64,000 nucleotides of DNA, from positions 122,856 to 186,855 of the IMG/VR virus record IMGVR_UViG_3300025121_000776; one strand, written 5' to 3'. The notes under the pieces are model-generated. The model worked only from the letters and a program-made list of their open reading frames with translations, did not search any database and had not been told where the DNA came from. The translations under genes were made by a program, and so were the position numbers. Source of the stretch: a virus. This document shows positions 1-9,415 of the stretch, one piece after another; position 1 is the stretch's first letter; each line of letters opens with the position of its first letter.

Positions 1-1
1 A

Positions 2-1003
2 GCTATTGCTGATTTTCCCCCAAAAGAAATTAACATAAGTGGAGGAGACCCATTAACTCTTCCAGCTGACCTTCATATTGAAATTTTAAGGATTTTAAAA
101 CAGTCAGAAATAGTCTGCAAAATTATTGTTAATCCAAAATCCATTAAAAACCCATTATCTGCAGCTTTTGAAATTGTTAAAATGTATGATTGGGCTGGAA
201 TTTCTATTAATACCCAAAAAGAATTACAAATCTTTGAAGATATCGCAGAAACTAAAGAATATGAAAATTACACCGTCATAACAAATTTTAACATTCAAAA
301 TCTTTATCAATTTGAAGAAATTGAAGCGTTTGTTAAAAAATATGATAAAATGTGGACAATTCAATTTACAGTTTATCAAGACAAAGATAATCCACTTGCT
401 TTATACCATCCAGATAATCAAATTGCTTTTGAATTATTACAACAAAAGGTTAATACAAGTTCAGCAAAAATAGTTCTATCAGACAATATAAGAAATGATA
501 TGCCTTGCGGTGCTGGATTTAGCTCTGTAGGCATCACATATGATGGTTATGTTATTCCATGTTTAAGTATGAGAAGTTGGAGGGATATTCAAAATTTATG
601 TGAAAAAGAAATATATCAAAATATTTTAAAAACTCCTTTTGAGGAAATTTGGCAAACATCTTTTATTAATGAAAGATTTTGTAAATTTGAATGTTGCAAA
701 GACATATGTCTCAATAAAACTCTCGAAATAAAAAGTTTTGAAAGAAAAGTATTTGAGATAACTCCAAAGTCTGAAGAAGAAAAAAAAGATTGGGAAAAAA
801 ACATTAATGAATTTTTAAAAAAAGTTAAAAAGGAAAATCCTCCATTTGATGCAGGGCAAGTTGTTATGTATGGGGTTATTTCTCCAAGAAATTTTCCAGG
901 TGGTGGCGGAGTTGTTATGTATGGGGTCATTTCTCCAAGAAACTACCCTCCCGATGACGACAATGGCGGCGGAATTGTTTTAATGTATGGTGTATTTAGG
1001 TAA
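2..1003 (+). CDS. Radical SAM/SPASM-domain protein (5'-truncated by window edge) with C-terminal tail of three MYG motifs
   Basis: Frame 2 is open from base 2 (AIADFPPKEINISGGDPL..., GGxP radical SAM motif). SPASM/twitch-like CGAG...GYVIPC and CKFECCKDIC. Tail reads VVMYGVISP, VVMYGVISP, VLMYGVFR. The CxxxCxxC motif would lie upstream of the window. Confidence 0.85.
   Translation, partial: AIADFPPKEINISGGDPLTLPADLHIEILRILKQSEIVCKIIVNPKSIKNPLSAAFEIVKMYDWAGISINTQKELQIFEDIAETKEYENYTVITNFNIQNLYQFEEIEAFVKKYDKMWTIQFTVYQDKDNPLALYHPDNQIAFELLQQKVNTSSAKIVLSDNIRNDMPCGAGFSSVGITYDGYVIPCLSMRSWRDIQNLCEKEIYQNILKTPFEEIWQTSFINERFCKFECCKDICLNKTLEIKSFERKVFEITPKSEEEKKDWEKNINEFLKKVKKENPPFDAGQVVMYGVISPRNFPGGGGVVMYGVISPRNYPPDDDNGGGIVLMYGVFR
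860..1000 (+). repeat. In-frame tandem repeat encoding VVMYGVISPRN x2 plus a degenerate third copy
   Basis: gttgttatgtatgggg(t/c)... units at 860-891 and 911-942 differ at one base; third ATGTATGGTGTA near 983. Confidence 0.95.
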
Positions 1004-1033
1004 TCTCTTTTCTTAATTGTTATATTTGTTTCT

Positions 1034-1061
1034 AAAAAATCCTCCAGTTGGAGGATTTTTT
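1034..1061. terminator. Intrinsic terminator, probably bidirectional
   Basis: aaaaaatcctcc-agtt-ggaggatttttt immediately after the radical SAM stop. Confidence 0.85.
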
Positions 1062-1090
1062 CTCTATTTATTGTATATGCATATACTGCT

Positions 1091-1255
1091 ATGGAAAATA
1101 AAATAGATAGAAAAACATGTGAAAGTTACTTGCAAAACATTAGAAATGGAAATAATTTCTATAACAAAGAAACAATAGATGATATGATTAAGTGTTACAT
1201 TGAAACCGAGGAATATGAGAAATGTAATGAACTAATAAAGATAAAAGAAAAATAG
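1091..1255 (+). CDS. Small protein (54 aa) with UvrB/UvrC-like coiled-coil motif
   Basis: Hand-translated MENKIDRK...IETEEYEKCNELIKIKEK; too short for the ORF track. Confidence 0.55.
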   Translation: MENKIDRKTCESYLQNIRNGNNFYNKETIDDMIKCYIETEEYEKCNELIKIKEK

Positions 1256-1773
1256 CTATGGAATATAAAAAAACTATTCGAAAATATATAAAAGAAGCTA
1301 TTGACGATTTACTGCCAGGTGAACTGACCCACTCACAACTTTATTGATGAATGGGCTTCTTTGACGTTTCTCAGACTCGTCTTATGACCGATGCCTCACC
1401 GCCTTTTTGTTTATCCTGCGAAGAATGTCCCTTATCCTCCACAGCAATGCTTTTTTGTTTTTTAGATTTTATAGCAAACAACAATTCGTTTGCCAACCAC
1501 AATATCTCAAAGAACTTTAAATTAAATATATTAAAATTTTATAAAAATATAAACACTTTTGTGAAACTATTTTAAAATAATTTCGTGTATTTGTAAAAGT
1601 AATGGCAACTTATCCAAGCCACACTTTGTGATGACTTGGTTTTTTTTGCTGAAAATTTTATAAATGGAGAAATTCCACAGAAAATAAAAGATTTATTAAA
1701 TTTGTCTTAGAGCTATAACATTTTTTAGTTTTTTTCGTATATGTTAAAAACATGTACAATTAAATCAAAAAAA

Positions 1774-2694
1774 ATGTCACAAGGAAATTCGCTAAAAGCT
1801 GTAGTTGTTGCATTATTTAGCAATGCATTTATCGCACTAATCAAATTTATAGTTGCATTTATAACTACCAGTGCCGCTATGATGGCTGAAGCGATTCACT
1901 CTACTGCAGATTGTATGAACCAAATATTTTTATTAATTGGGTCTAAGAGAACCAAAAAAGTAGCCAATGAGCAACATTCTTTCGGATATGGAAAAGAAGA
2001 ATATTTCTGGGGATTTATTGTTGCAACATTATTGTTCTTTGTTGGGGGTGGTTTTTCTATTTATGAAGGAATTCATAAGTTGTTTGTTCCAGAGCCAATT
2101 AAAAATGTTATGTTATCCTTTATCGTTTTAGGAATTGGAATAGTCTTAGAATTCAACTCGTTTAGAATTGCTTATAATCAATTTAAAATTAAAAATAATT
2201 CATCCTTTTACAAAGGACTCATTGAAGTGACCGATACAAATCTTTTGGTAATTTTACTTGAAGACTTTGCGGCATTACTTGGATTAATAGTTGTTTTAAT
2301 TACCACTATTTTAGCTTTTACAATAGCTCCTATATTTGATGCAATTGGTTCCATACTTGTGGGTGCAATTCTTATTTCAATCGCTTATATGCTCTCTAAT
2401 GAGCTCAGAAAATTAATTGTTGGAGAAAGCATTCCTAGAGAAATAAGAACTGATATAAAACACATCTGCTCACAGCATAATAAAATTGTTAAACATGTAA
2501 ATAAAATTCAAACAATGTTTATTGGCAGAGAAAAATTTGTTCTTCTTATATCTTTGGATGTTTATGATAATATTTTAGCATATGATGTAGAAAACATAAT
2601 TGAACACATAAAACTCGATATTATCAAAAAATATCCCAATGCTTCGGTTATTTATATTGAAGTAAAGGATATGATAAGAAATAATAAAATTTAA
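1774..2694 (+). CDS. Cation diffusion facilitator (CDF) family metal transporter
   Basis: Six hydrophobic segments; AEAIHSTAD, HSFGYGKEEYFW and EDFAALLG motifs; soluble C-terminal domain; start moved to MSQGN. Confidence 0.9.
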   Translation: MSQGNSLKAVVVALFSNAFIALIKFIVAFITTSAAMMAEAIHSTADCMNQIFLLIGSKRTKKVANEQHSFGYGKEEYFWGFIVATLLFFVGGGFSIYEGIHKLFVPEPIKNVMLSFIVLGIGIVLEFNSFRIAYNQFKIKNNSSFYKGLIEVTDTNLLVILLEDFAALLGLIVVLITTILAFTIAPIFDAIGSILVGAILISIAYMLSNELRKLIVGESIPREIRTDIKHICSQHNKIVKHVNKIQTMFIGREKFVLLISLDVYDNILAYDVENIIEHIKLDIIKKYPNASVIYIEVKDMIRNNKI

Positions 2695-2867
2695 TTGTAT
2701 GGGCTGGTACGGAAAAAATGACGATGATAATTATACTCCTCCTTTAAAACCAAAGGAAGATGAAAAATCACGCACACAACGATATCTTAACAAAGATGCC
2801 GAAGAAGAAAAAATTGAAGGTAATGACGATGTTAGATTAAAACCCGATTTTGATAAATAAAAACATT

Positions 2868-3167
2868 ATGAAACCACAAGACGAAATTAACGAACTTCAA
2901 GAGAAAATTAATTCTCTTAAACACAAAGTTGAAAATTGTCAGCATGACTTTCCTAAACCTGTTTATGACCCCGAAACTGTAAGTGAAGGTTATGGTTCAG
3001 TGCAAGATGGAAAAGGTTCAGACCCCCATTGGAGTTTTGCTGGATATCATGACGTACAAAAACCTAGATGGAGTAGAAAATGCAATTTGTGTGGAAAAGT
3101 TGAATACACGAACTCACAAAAAACTGTTGCCATAGAAACAAAAACAGAGCCCGATTTTGGAAAATGA
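2868..3167 (+). CDS. Hypothetical protein with CxH/CxxC motifs
   Basis: ORF track; overlaps the next start codon. Confidence 0.6.
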   Translation: MKPQDEINELQEKINSLKHKVENCQHDFPKPVYDPETVSEGYGSVQDGKGSDPHWSFAGYHDVQKPRWSRKCNLCGKVEYTNSQKTVAIETKTEPDFGK

Positions 3168-3757
3168 CAAAAGGAGTTAGAGTCGAAAATAAAAAAACTT
3201 TAAGATTAATCAGTGATTTAAGGTCTCTAAATATTTCTTTTTCGAAAATTGCCGAAATTTTAAACAGACAAGAAATTAGAACTATTTATGGAAAAAAATT
3301 TGACGAATCTTTGACTTTTACAAAGTATAAACAAGCAATGAAAGAAGAAAGAGAAAACGAAGTAATTCCAACCAAATGTATTGAGTGTCAATATTATCGT
3401 GAAATGATGTTTACTCCCTGGTGCGCTCATTACCATTGGAACTGGAAGCCTACATCCAATCTTCTTATTGTTACAAAAGAGAATAGAAACGGACCGCTCC
3501 CAGAAAAATGTCCCTTTGTTTTGACCGAGAATAAAACATTGGTCTATTTCGATATTCCAGAAAATGGAACTTTTATTCACTTAGATGAATTTATTAAGGG
3601 GGTTCACAATGGCACATTTACCGATGAAAACTGCACAGCATTCAAGTCTACAAGACAAAGAATAACTCATATACCTATTTGTCCCTCAGACGTTTTAAAA
3701 AAAGTATATAATTTATCACCGAGCTGTGTGATTTGGTTCCCGAAACAATTAACCTAA
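3164..3757 (+). CDS. Hypothetical protein, N-terminal HTH-like segment
   Basis: SFSKIAEILNRQEIRTIYGKKF resembles a recombinase-type HTH. Confidence 0.55.
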   Translation: MTKGVRVENKKTLRLISDLRSLNISFSKIAEILNRQEIRTIYGKKFDESLTFTKYKQAMKEERENEVIPTKCIECQYYREMMFTPWCAHYHWNWKPTSNLLIVTKENRNGPLPEKCPFVLTENKTLVYFDIPENGTFIHLDEFIKGVHNGTFTDENCTAFKSTRQRITHIPICPSDVLKKVYNLSPSCVIWFPKQLT

Positions 3758-3765
3758 AAATAATC

Positions 3766-4950
3766 ATGGAAGAAAAACAATTAATCGAAAAATTTAAAGT
3801 GGCAGGAATAGTTTCAATCAGAGACTTTCTTTTAGAAATGCAAGCAAAAGGCGAAAAAATAGCAAGAACAGAATCGGGAGACCCCTCATTCGATATCCCA
3901 GAAAATGTTAAAGTTGCAATCGAAAAAGCACTCAGAGAAAACAAAACTCACTACACCGCAGGTGCAGGAATAAATGAGCTTAGAGATGCCATCTACGAAA
4001 AAGTTAAATACGTTAATAAAATAAACATTAACTCAAGAAATAGTGTTATGGTTACTAATGGCGCTATGAATGCTTTATATACAATATTTCACGCTATAAA
4101 TAACAATGAAGGTGTTTCTATGTTAGTTCCTTCTCCTACTTGGACAGAAACCGCACAGAATATATCAGAAGTTGGGGGAACTCCAATATATTACAATTTT
4201 AATCCATTCTCAGATGCTCCCATAGATATTGATGAGTTAGAGGTTTTGTTTAAAATATACCCCAACATCAAAGCTATGGTGATTAATTCACCTCACAATC
4301 CTACTGGAAAAATTCTTGACCTTGCTATGATTCTTAAAGTCGTTGGTTTCTGCAAAGCACACGATATCTATTTAATATCAGATGAGGCTTATGAACATAT
4401 TATCTTTGATAATTTAAAGCATGTTAGTCCAGGACAATTAGACTATGATAAAATAATTTCCATTTTTTCATTCTCTAAATCCTATGCAATGTCTGGACTC
4501 AGATTGGGATGCGCCTGCACAAACGACCCAATAATCTTAAAAAGACTTTCTAAAATTATCCGTTGTACAATTAATGGGGTAAATTCTGTTACACAATGGG
4601 GGGGAGTATCTGCAATATTAGAAACTCCAAGTGAATACATTGAAAAGAATTTGGAAGAATATACAAAAAGAAGAGATGCAATCTATGAAGCTGCTTTAAA
4701 TAATAAATATCTTGAACCAGTTAAGCCAGAAGGGACTTTTTATCTATGGTGCAAAATCAAAAATGAATGGAAACCAGAAATCGTTGAAGATAGGGGTTGG
4801 CACATGATATTAAACCTTTTAAAGCTCGGTGCAGGAAGTGCTCCTGGTGAAGTGTTTGGTCCTGAAGGAAAAAATCATATTAGATTTTCCTTCTCATGTT
4901 CAATGGAAAATGTTTTGTTGGCTTCTGAATTACTGAATAAATTAGAATAA
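3766..4950 (+). CDS. PLP-dependent aminotransferase, class I/II (aspartate aminotransferase-like)
   Basis: GDPSF, YTAGAGINELR, INSPHNPTG, ISDEAYE, SFSKSYAMSGLRLG (PLP lysine), PGEVFG, HIRFSF. Confidence 0.92.
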   Translation: MEEKQLIEKFKVAGIVSIRDFLLEMQAKGEKIARTESGDPSFDIPENVKVAIEKALRENKTHYTAGAGINELRDAIYEKVKYVNKININSRNSVMVTNGAMNALYTIFHAINNNEGVSMLVPSPTWTETAQNISEVGGTPIYYNFNPFSDAPIDIDELEVLFKIYPNIKAMVINSPHNPTGKILDLAMILKVVGFCKAHDIYLISDEAYEHIIFDNLKHVSPGQLDYDKIISIFSFSKSYAMSGLRLGCACTNDPIILKRLSKIIRCTINGVNSVTQWGGVSAILETPSEYIEKNLEEYTKRRDAIYEAALNNKYLEPVKPEGTFYLWCKIKNEWKPEIVEDRGWHMILNLLKLGAGSAPGEVFGPEGKNHIRFSFSCSMENVLLASELLNKLE

Positions 4951-4952
4951 GT

Positions 4953-6072
4953 ATGGAAAAAAATAAAGCTAAATTATTTTACGAGCAAAAACAAAAAGAA
5001 CACTTCGAAAAACATGGTGTTTACTTCGATACTAATTCGAAGATGGGAGAAATTATTCAAGAGTTTCATGAACAAGAAATTAAAGAATGTGACACCGTTT
5101 ATGAATTTTTGTACAATAGTTGTATCCACGAAAGTGCTGCAGCAACCATGAGTATTCACCGCACTCAAAAGGGCGCTGAGATGGCCATGGAATTTCACAA
5201 GAGCGAAGCAAAGAAAGAGTGGGATGAATATAATAAACAATGCAAAGAGGCTGGTTTATCCACATTTGAATTTAAATTTGGAACACATGAATGGTGGGGA
5301 GTTCGACCCATAAAAATTTTAGAATAGAAACTTTTTTCATTTTTTCTCGTATAATATAGAAAATATACAACAATATGAAAATTTTAGAATCTTTTAGAAA
5401 TGGCTTTAAAGTTATTCCCCCTATCGCCTTTTTATGGAATGGAATTCTGTTTATTGCATTAGCGGCTTCGGCATTTATCAATACTGAAATAACTTTTACT
5501 GCTTATGCAATAATGTCAATGTTTGCTATTCCATTTATGTTTGAAGTACTGGAAAATAAAAAGTTCGTTCACCTTTGGATGCTTATAACTTTAACATTTT
5601 GGATTGTGTTTATCTCAGTTTCACTTACTGTTCTATTTTTTTTAATAGGTGAAACAGCCTTCTCAAAATTTAATAAAAAATTTAATAAAAAATTCTCCAA
5701 ACAATGAAACTTGTAAAAGAACCAGACAAGAAATTGTTTGAATATGCCTTTAAAAAAGAACGAAAATATACTTTTATTAATTTTAGGGGAAAACGACAAA
5801 CATATCACTTAGGTCATGAAGAATTATTATCAAATGGAAAATGTCCTATTTGCGATGTTCATTTAGTTGTTTGGCATGGAACTATAGATTCTGATATATC
5901 TTGTCCATCTTGTAATAGAAAAATTGAAAAAACAAAAGAATATAAATCTCTAAGAGAAAGTCTTAAAAATTCATTTTTTAATAGAGAACAAGAATTAAAA
6001 AAACTCAAGAAAAATTTAGAACGTGATAAAGCTCTTCTTAAGTTTATTGAAAATAAAGTAAATTCGTTTTAA
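4953..6072 (+). CDS. Three co-transcribed hypothetical proteins (4953-5327; 5375-5707 membrane; 5704-6072 Zn-ribbon)
   Basis: ORF track, tight spacing; last stop TAA forms the TAAC of an attC-like core. Confidence 0.65.
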
Positions 6073-6151
6073 CGATTGCGTGTAAAAACAGTGCGAAAAA
6101 TAGTTGATAAGTTAATTTGAAAACGAACATAAATTTTTAATATTTTACATT

Positions 6152-6496
6152 ATGAAAACACAAATAAAAAAAATTGCAAAATTAGAGGAAGAATATTTTG
6201 AATTGTACGAAAAGAAGTATGGCAAAGTAAAAATTGATAAAACTCAATATGAAAGACTAAATTTAAACGAAGGTGATTGGATATATTCCGATTATTTTAA
6301 AGAAGCCAATAAAGTAAAAAGAATACAGGGTGAATATATTGAGTTTTGCTTTGCAGAAAAGAATGGAATTAAAAGTGGCGTATTGAGTTTTGTTGAAAAC
6401 AAACAAGATACTGAAACACATAGATACGCAACGTTAAAGGAAATTGAAGCGAAATTAATAAAAGAAATTCAAAATATTAAAAATTTTCAACAATGA
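6152..6496 (+). CDS. Hypothetical protein lying inside an attC-like loop
   Basis: ORF track; flanked by the two arms of the 6070-6546 site. Confidence 0.7.
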   Translation: MKTQIKKIAKLEEEYFELYEKKYGKVKIDKTQYERLNLNEGDWIYSDYFKEANKVKRIQGEYIEFCFAEKNGIKSGVLSFVENKQDTETHRYATLKEIEAKLIKEIQNIKNFQQ

Positions 6497-6616
6497 ATTA
6501 TAATCGAAGCACTGAATTAGGCATGTTTTATAGCCAGTGTTATGCAGGCTTTAGCCCTTGCCGTTTTAATGATGCATAACGGGCACAGATAACAACAGTT
6601 TAAAACAAATTTAGAT

Positions 6617-6784
6617 ATGGAAAAAGAAACTAAAAAAATAGCAGAAAACATTGATAATGGCACTGAAAAATTATTGTTATCTGATGTTATCGGTAGTAAT
6701 TGGAACACTACTGATTATGTAAATCAAAAGGTAAAAAATATCATGTGGAATACTGATAGAAAAATTAAGAATTATTACCGATAA
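6617..6784 (+). CDS. Small cassette protein (55 aa) that starts in an attC loop
   Basis: Hand-translated MEKETKK...KLLLSDVIGS...NYYR; stop TAA lies in the core TAAC. Confidence 0.6.
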   Translation: MEKETKKIAENIDNGTEKLLLSDVIGSNWNTTDYVNQKVKNIMWNTDRKIKNYYR

Positions 6785-6891
6785 CTATTATATATCAGCA
6801 ATAATACCTATATTATAAAACATTCAGAGTCAACGCATAAGCATTGTGTTTTAAAGTGAATTTTTTCATTATATTTATTAAAAATTAGATA

Positions 6892-7593
6892 ATGAAAAAT
6901 AGAATTATATATGTTCTTATAGGTCCACCTGCCATCGGCAAATCCACCTGGATTAAAAACATGACAGACCCCGCAAATACCTTTGTTGTAAACAGAGATG
7001 AAATTGTAGAACAAGTGGCTGATTCTATTGGATTTACATACGATGATTTATATGTTTACCCACCAAATGATGCAGAGATAGGGAACATAGATGAAAAATA
7101 TGGGAAAGTTATAGCTTCACCAGAATATATATTTTGGAGCCCAACTGTTTTCGATAAAGTTTTACAGGCAAATAAAAGTATAAAAAACACCTTCTATCAA
7201 AAATTAGAAGATGCAAAAAACACAAATAAAAATGTTGTTATCGACCTTACTAATTTAAAAACAAATGAAAGATTAGATTGTCTCGATAGAGTCGGTCAGC
7301 CAGGAGATGTAAGAATTGCTGTTGTGTTTAAATTTATAAACAAAGAAAAAGTTATCAAAGCAGTAGCAAAAAAAAGAGCTGAAGCTACAAAAAGAATGGG
7401 TAAATCTAAAACTATTCCAGATTCAGCTTTTGATAGAATGATAAGCGGATACCAACCCCCAACTCCAGAAGAAAGATATGACAAAATAATTTATTCTGAT
7501 ACAATACCTCAACTTAAAAAATTAACTGGACTTAAAGAAGCAAAAAAAATTATCCGACAAATTATCAACGAAAAATTTAGTGAGCTATCATAG
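6892..7593 (+). CDS. P-loop kinase (AAA_33/polynucleotide kinase-like)
   Basis: Walker A GPPAIGKSTW, VNRDEIV, VVIDLTN. Confidence 0.75.
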   Translation: MKNRIIYVLIGPPAIGKSTWIKNMTDPANTFVVNRDEIVEQVADSIGFTYDDLYVYPPNDAEIGNIDEKYGKVIASPEYIFWSPTVFDKVLQANKSIKNTFYQKLEDAKNTNKNVVIDLTNLKTNERLDCLDRVGQPGDVRIAVVFKFINKEKVIKAVAKKRAEATKRMGKSKTIPDSAFDRMISGYQPPTPEERYDKIIYSDTIPQLKKLTGLKEAKKIIRQIINEKFSELS

Positions 7594-8008
7594 CTTTGTA
7601 TTTGTCATAATCAAATCCTTTAAATTTTGGGCTTTCACTATTATGACATTTTATACAAACTTCTTTTGTCGGCATTATTAATCCACTTGCTTTACTTTTT
7701 ATTTTATCTTTCATAATAACTGAAGATTTATAAATGCTTCCAGGACCATGACAACTCTCACAAGAAACTCCTTCAGCTTTTATATTTGCTGCGGTTGAAT
7801 GACATTTTACACATTTTGGATTAATTTTTTCAGCTTCACTTAATATACTCATTGTTTTTGAGTGTTTGCTAGATTCCCATTTTGCAAATTGAGCCCCCTT
7901 AGCTGGCGAATTATGACACATTTTACATTTGGCAGCACCAACATATTCCTGGCCATAAAAAATCAAGGAAATCAAAGATAAAACAGCAATAAAAAATAAC
8001 TTTTTCAT
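7577..8008 (-). CDS. Secreted tetraheme c-type cytochrome (c554-like)
   Basis: Signal peptide; four CxxCH motifs (CKMCH, CVKCH, CESCH, CIKCH); YVGAAKC and SCESCHGPGS. Confidence 0.88.
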   Translation of the reverse strand: MKKLFFIAVLSLISLIFYGQEYVGAAKCKMCHNSPAKGAQFAKWESSKHSKTMSILSEAEKINPKCVKCHSTAANIKAEGVSCESCHGPGSIYKSSVIMKDKIKSKASGLIMPTKEVCIKCHNSESPKFKGFDYDKYKAMIAH

Positions 8009-8055
8009 AAAAATATTTTTAGAGGTTTATATTATAAATCAAAAAATATGCCAAA

Positions 8056-8598
8056 CTATAATTTGTTAAAAAATTCCCTGTGAAAATCATCATAATCTTT
8101 ATCAGATAGTTTTACTATGGGATTTGCTTTTATTTCCAACGTCACATTTAAAGGGACATTTAATGTCTTTGCTGCAACATATCTATGGTGGCCATCTTCT
8201 AAGAAAAAATTATCTCCATCGAAACTTACATCAACTGGTTCTGATAAATTTATTTTCCTTGCCCAGTCAGTTTGTGGCATTCCCCTACGATAATACTCAT
8301 CTTGCTCAAATTTAGCCTGTGCCAAATCTTGTTTCCATTTTATTTTTAATTGATGTGGCATTAATTGTTTTACACTTTCTGGTGTAAAACCAAAGGCTGC
8401 CAAGTCAAGAGCATTATTGGAAAATCCACCGCCTCTTAAAAGTTCTTCTGAGCTATTAAATCTTTTAGCTTCATCAATCAGCATTTTCATGCCAATTAAT
8501 TTATTTCTTTCTAAATCTTCTGTGTTTGGAGTTATTTTTGATTTAACAACAATTCCAGAAAGTTCCTGTAGTCTTATTTTATATGATTCTGATAACAT
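8056..8598 (-). CDS. Protein with ParB/Srx-like C-terminal motif
   Basis: FLEDGHHRYVAA; N-terminal YKIRLQELSGI. Confidence 0.6.
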   Translation of the reverse strand: MLSESYKIRLQELSGIVVKSKITPNTEDLERNKLIGMKMLIDEAKRFNSSEELLRGGGFSNNALDLAAFGFTPESVKQLMPHQLKIKWKQDLAQAKFEQDEYYRRGMPQTDWARKINLSEPVDVSFDGDNFFLEDGHHRYVAAKTLNVPLNVTLEIKANPIVKLSDKDYDDFHREFFNKL

Positions 8599-9299
8599 TA
8601 TTCAGCTCTCCCCAAAACTCTATCAATTGTTCTGTGTCCAGCATAATCTGGATGCGTGGAACCCCATCCTTGAGGTGTTACTTTAAGCCCCCGTTTTTCT
8701 TTTTCTAAAGGAGAAATCATATGTTGTTTCCATTTCTCTTGATTTACTTTTTCGGCTTCTGGAGATAATTTTCCGTGAGTAAAATCTTTAAGAGGAATCA
8801 TATTGTCATCACCATTTTCATCTTGAGTAAAAATTTTCCAGGAACCGTCAATGTTTAAGTTTGGTACTTTAGAATTTAATTCTTCAATTAAATCAAGAAA
8901 TTTTTTTTCATCTGGTAATCTCCAAAATGCAATCAATTTACTGTTAAGCCAAATTCTACCATTATACTTGGTTCCAGTCATAATATCGTTTCTTGCGGTT
9001 TCCCAGATAACCTCCTTTATGTTTAGGGAATCATAATTTATAACTCCATATTTATCTTCAATTTTTTTTGCCAGTACACCAATTCTACCTGATAATTGAT
9101 TATCTATAAGGTCCCAATGTGTTTCTCTTAATTTTCCAATGTATAATTTATCCATGTAATAGAAAAAAGGCATAGCATCTTCATCATAAGACATATACTC
9201 TTTCTCAGCAAAAGAAAATCCATCTCCCACTTCAAAAAGAAGATTTATACTCTCACGTATCAACTTTCTTATTATTTTTTCGTATTCTTGCACAAACAA
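8598..9299 (-). CDS. Hypothetical, probable virion-associated protein
   Basis: N-terminal KIIRKLIRES motif shared with neighbours. Confidence 0.55.
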   Translation of the reverse strand: MFVQEYEKIIRKLIRESINLLFEVGDGFSFAEKEYMSYDEDAMPFFYYMDKLYIGKLRETHWDLIDNQLSGRIGVLAKKIEDKYGVINYDSLNIKEVIWETARNDIMTGTKYNGRIWLNSKLIAFWRLPDEKKFLDLIEELNSKVPNLNIDGSWKIFTQDENGDDNMIPLKDFTHGKLSPEAEKVNQEKWKQHMISPLEKEKRGLKVTPQGWGSTHPDYAGHRTIDRVLGRAE

Positions 9300-9415
9300 T
9301 TTTTCTTAATAAATATGCCAAAAAATTTGTTGAAAAAATATTTTCATTTTTTATAATCTTTCTTTGCTTTTTCGTAAAAAAGAATATATTTAATATTGAT
9401 AATTAAAACCCATAA

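Larger units (their letters stand above)
6070..6785. mobile_element. Small array of attC-like sites/cassettes (integron top strand = minus)
   Basis: Complementary cassette cores GTTATGCA(6539)/TGCATAAC(6573) and GTTATCGGTA(6686)/TACCGATAAC(6776); stems CAGATAACAA(6586)/TTGTTATCTG(6674) and CAGTGC/GCACTG. Confidence 0.75.

Noticed and set aside
1351-1575. 74-aa protein
   Set aside because: No convincing start context or composition on either strand; the region is left unassigned.
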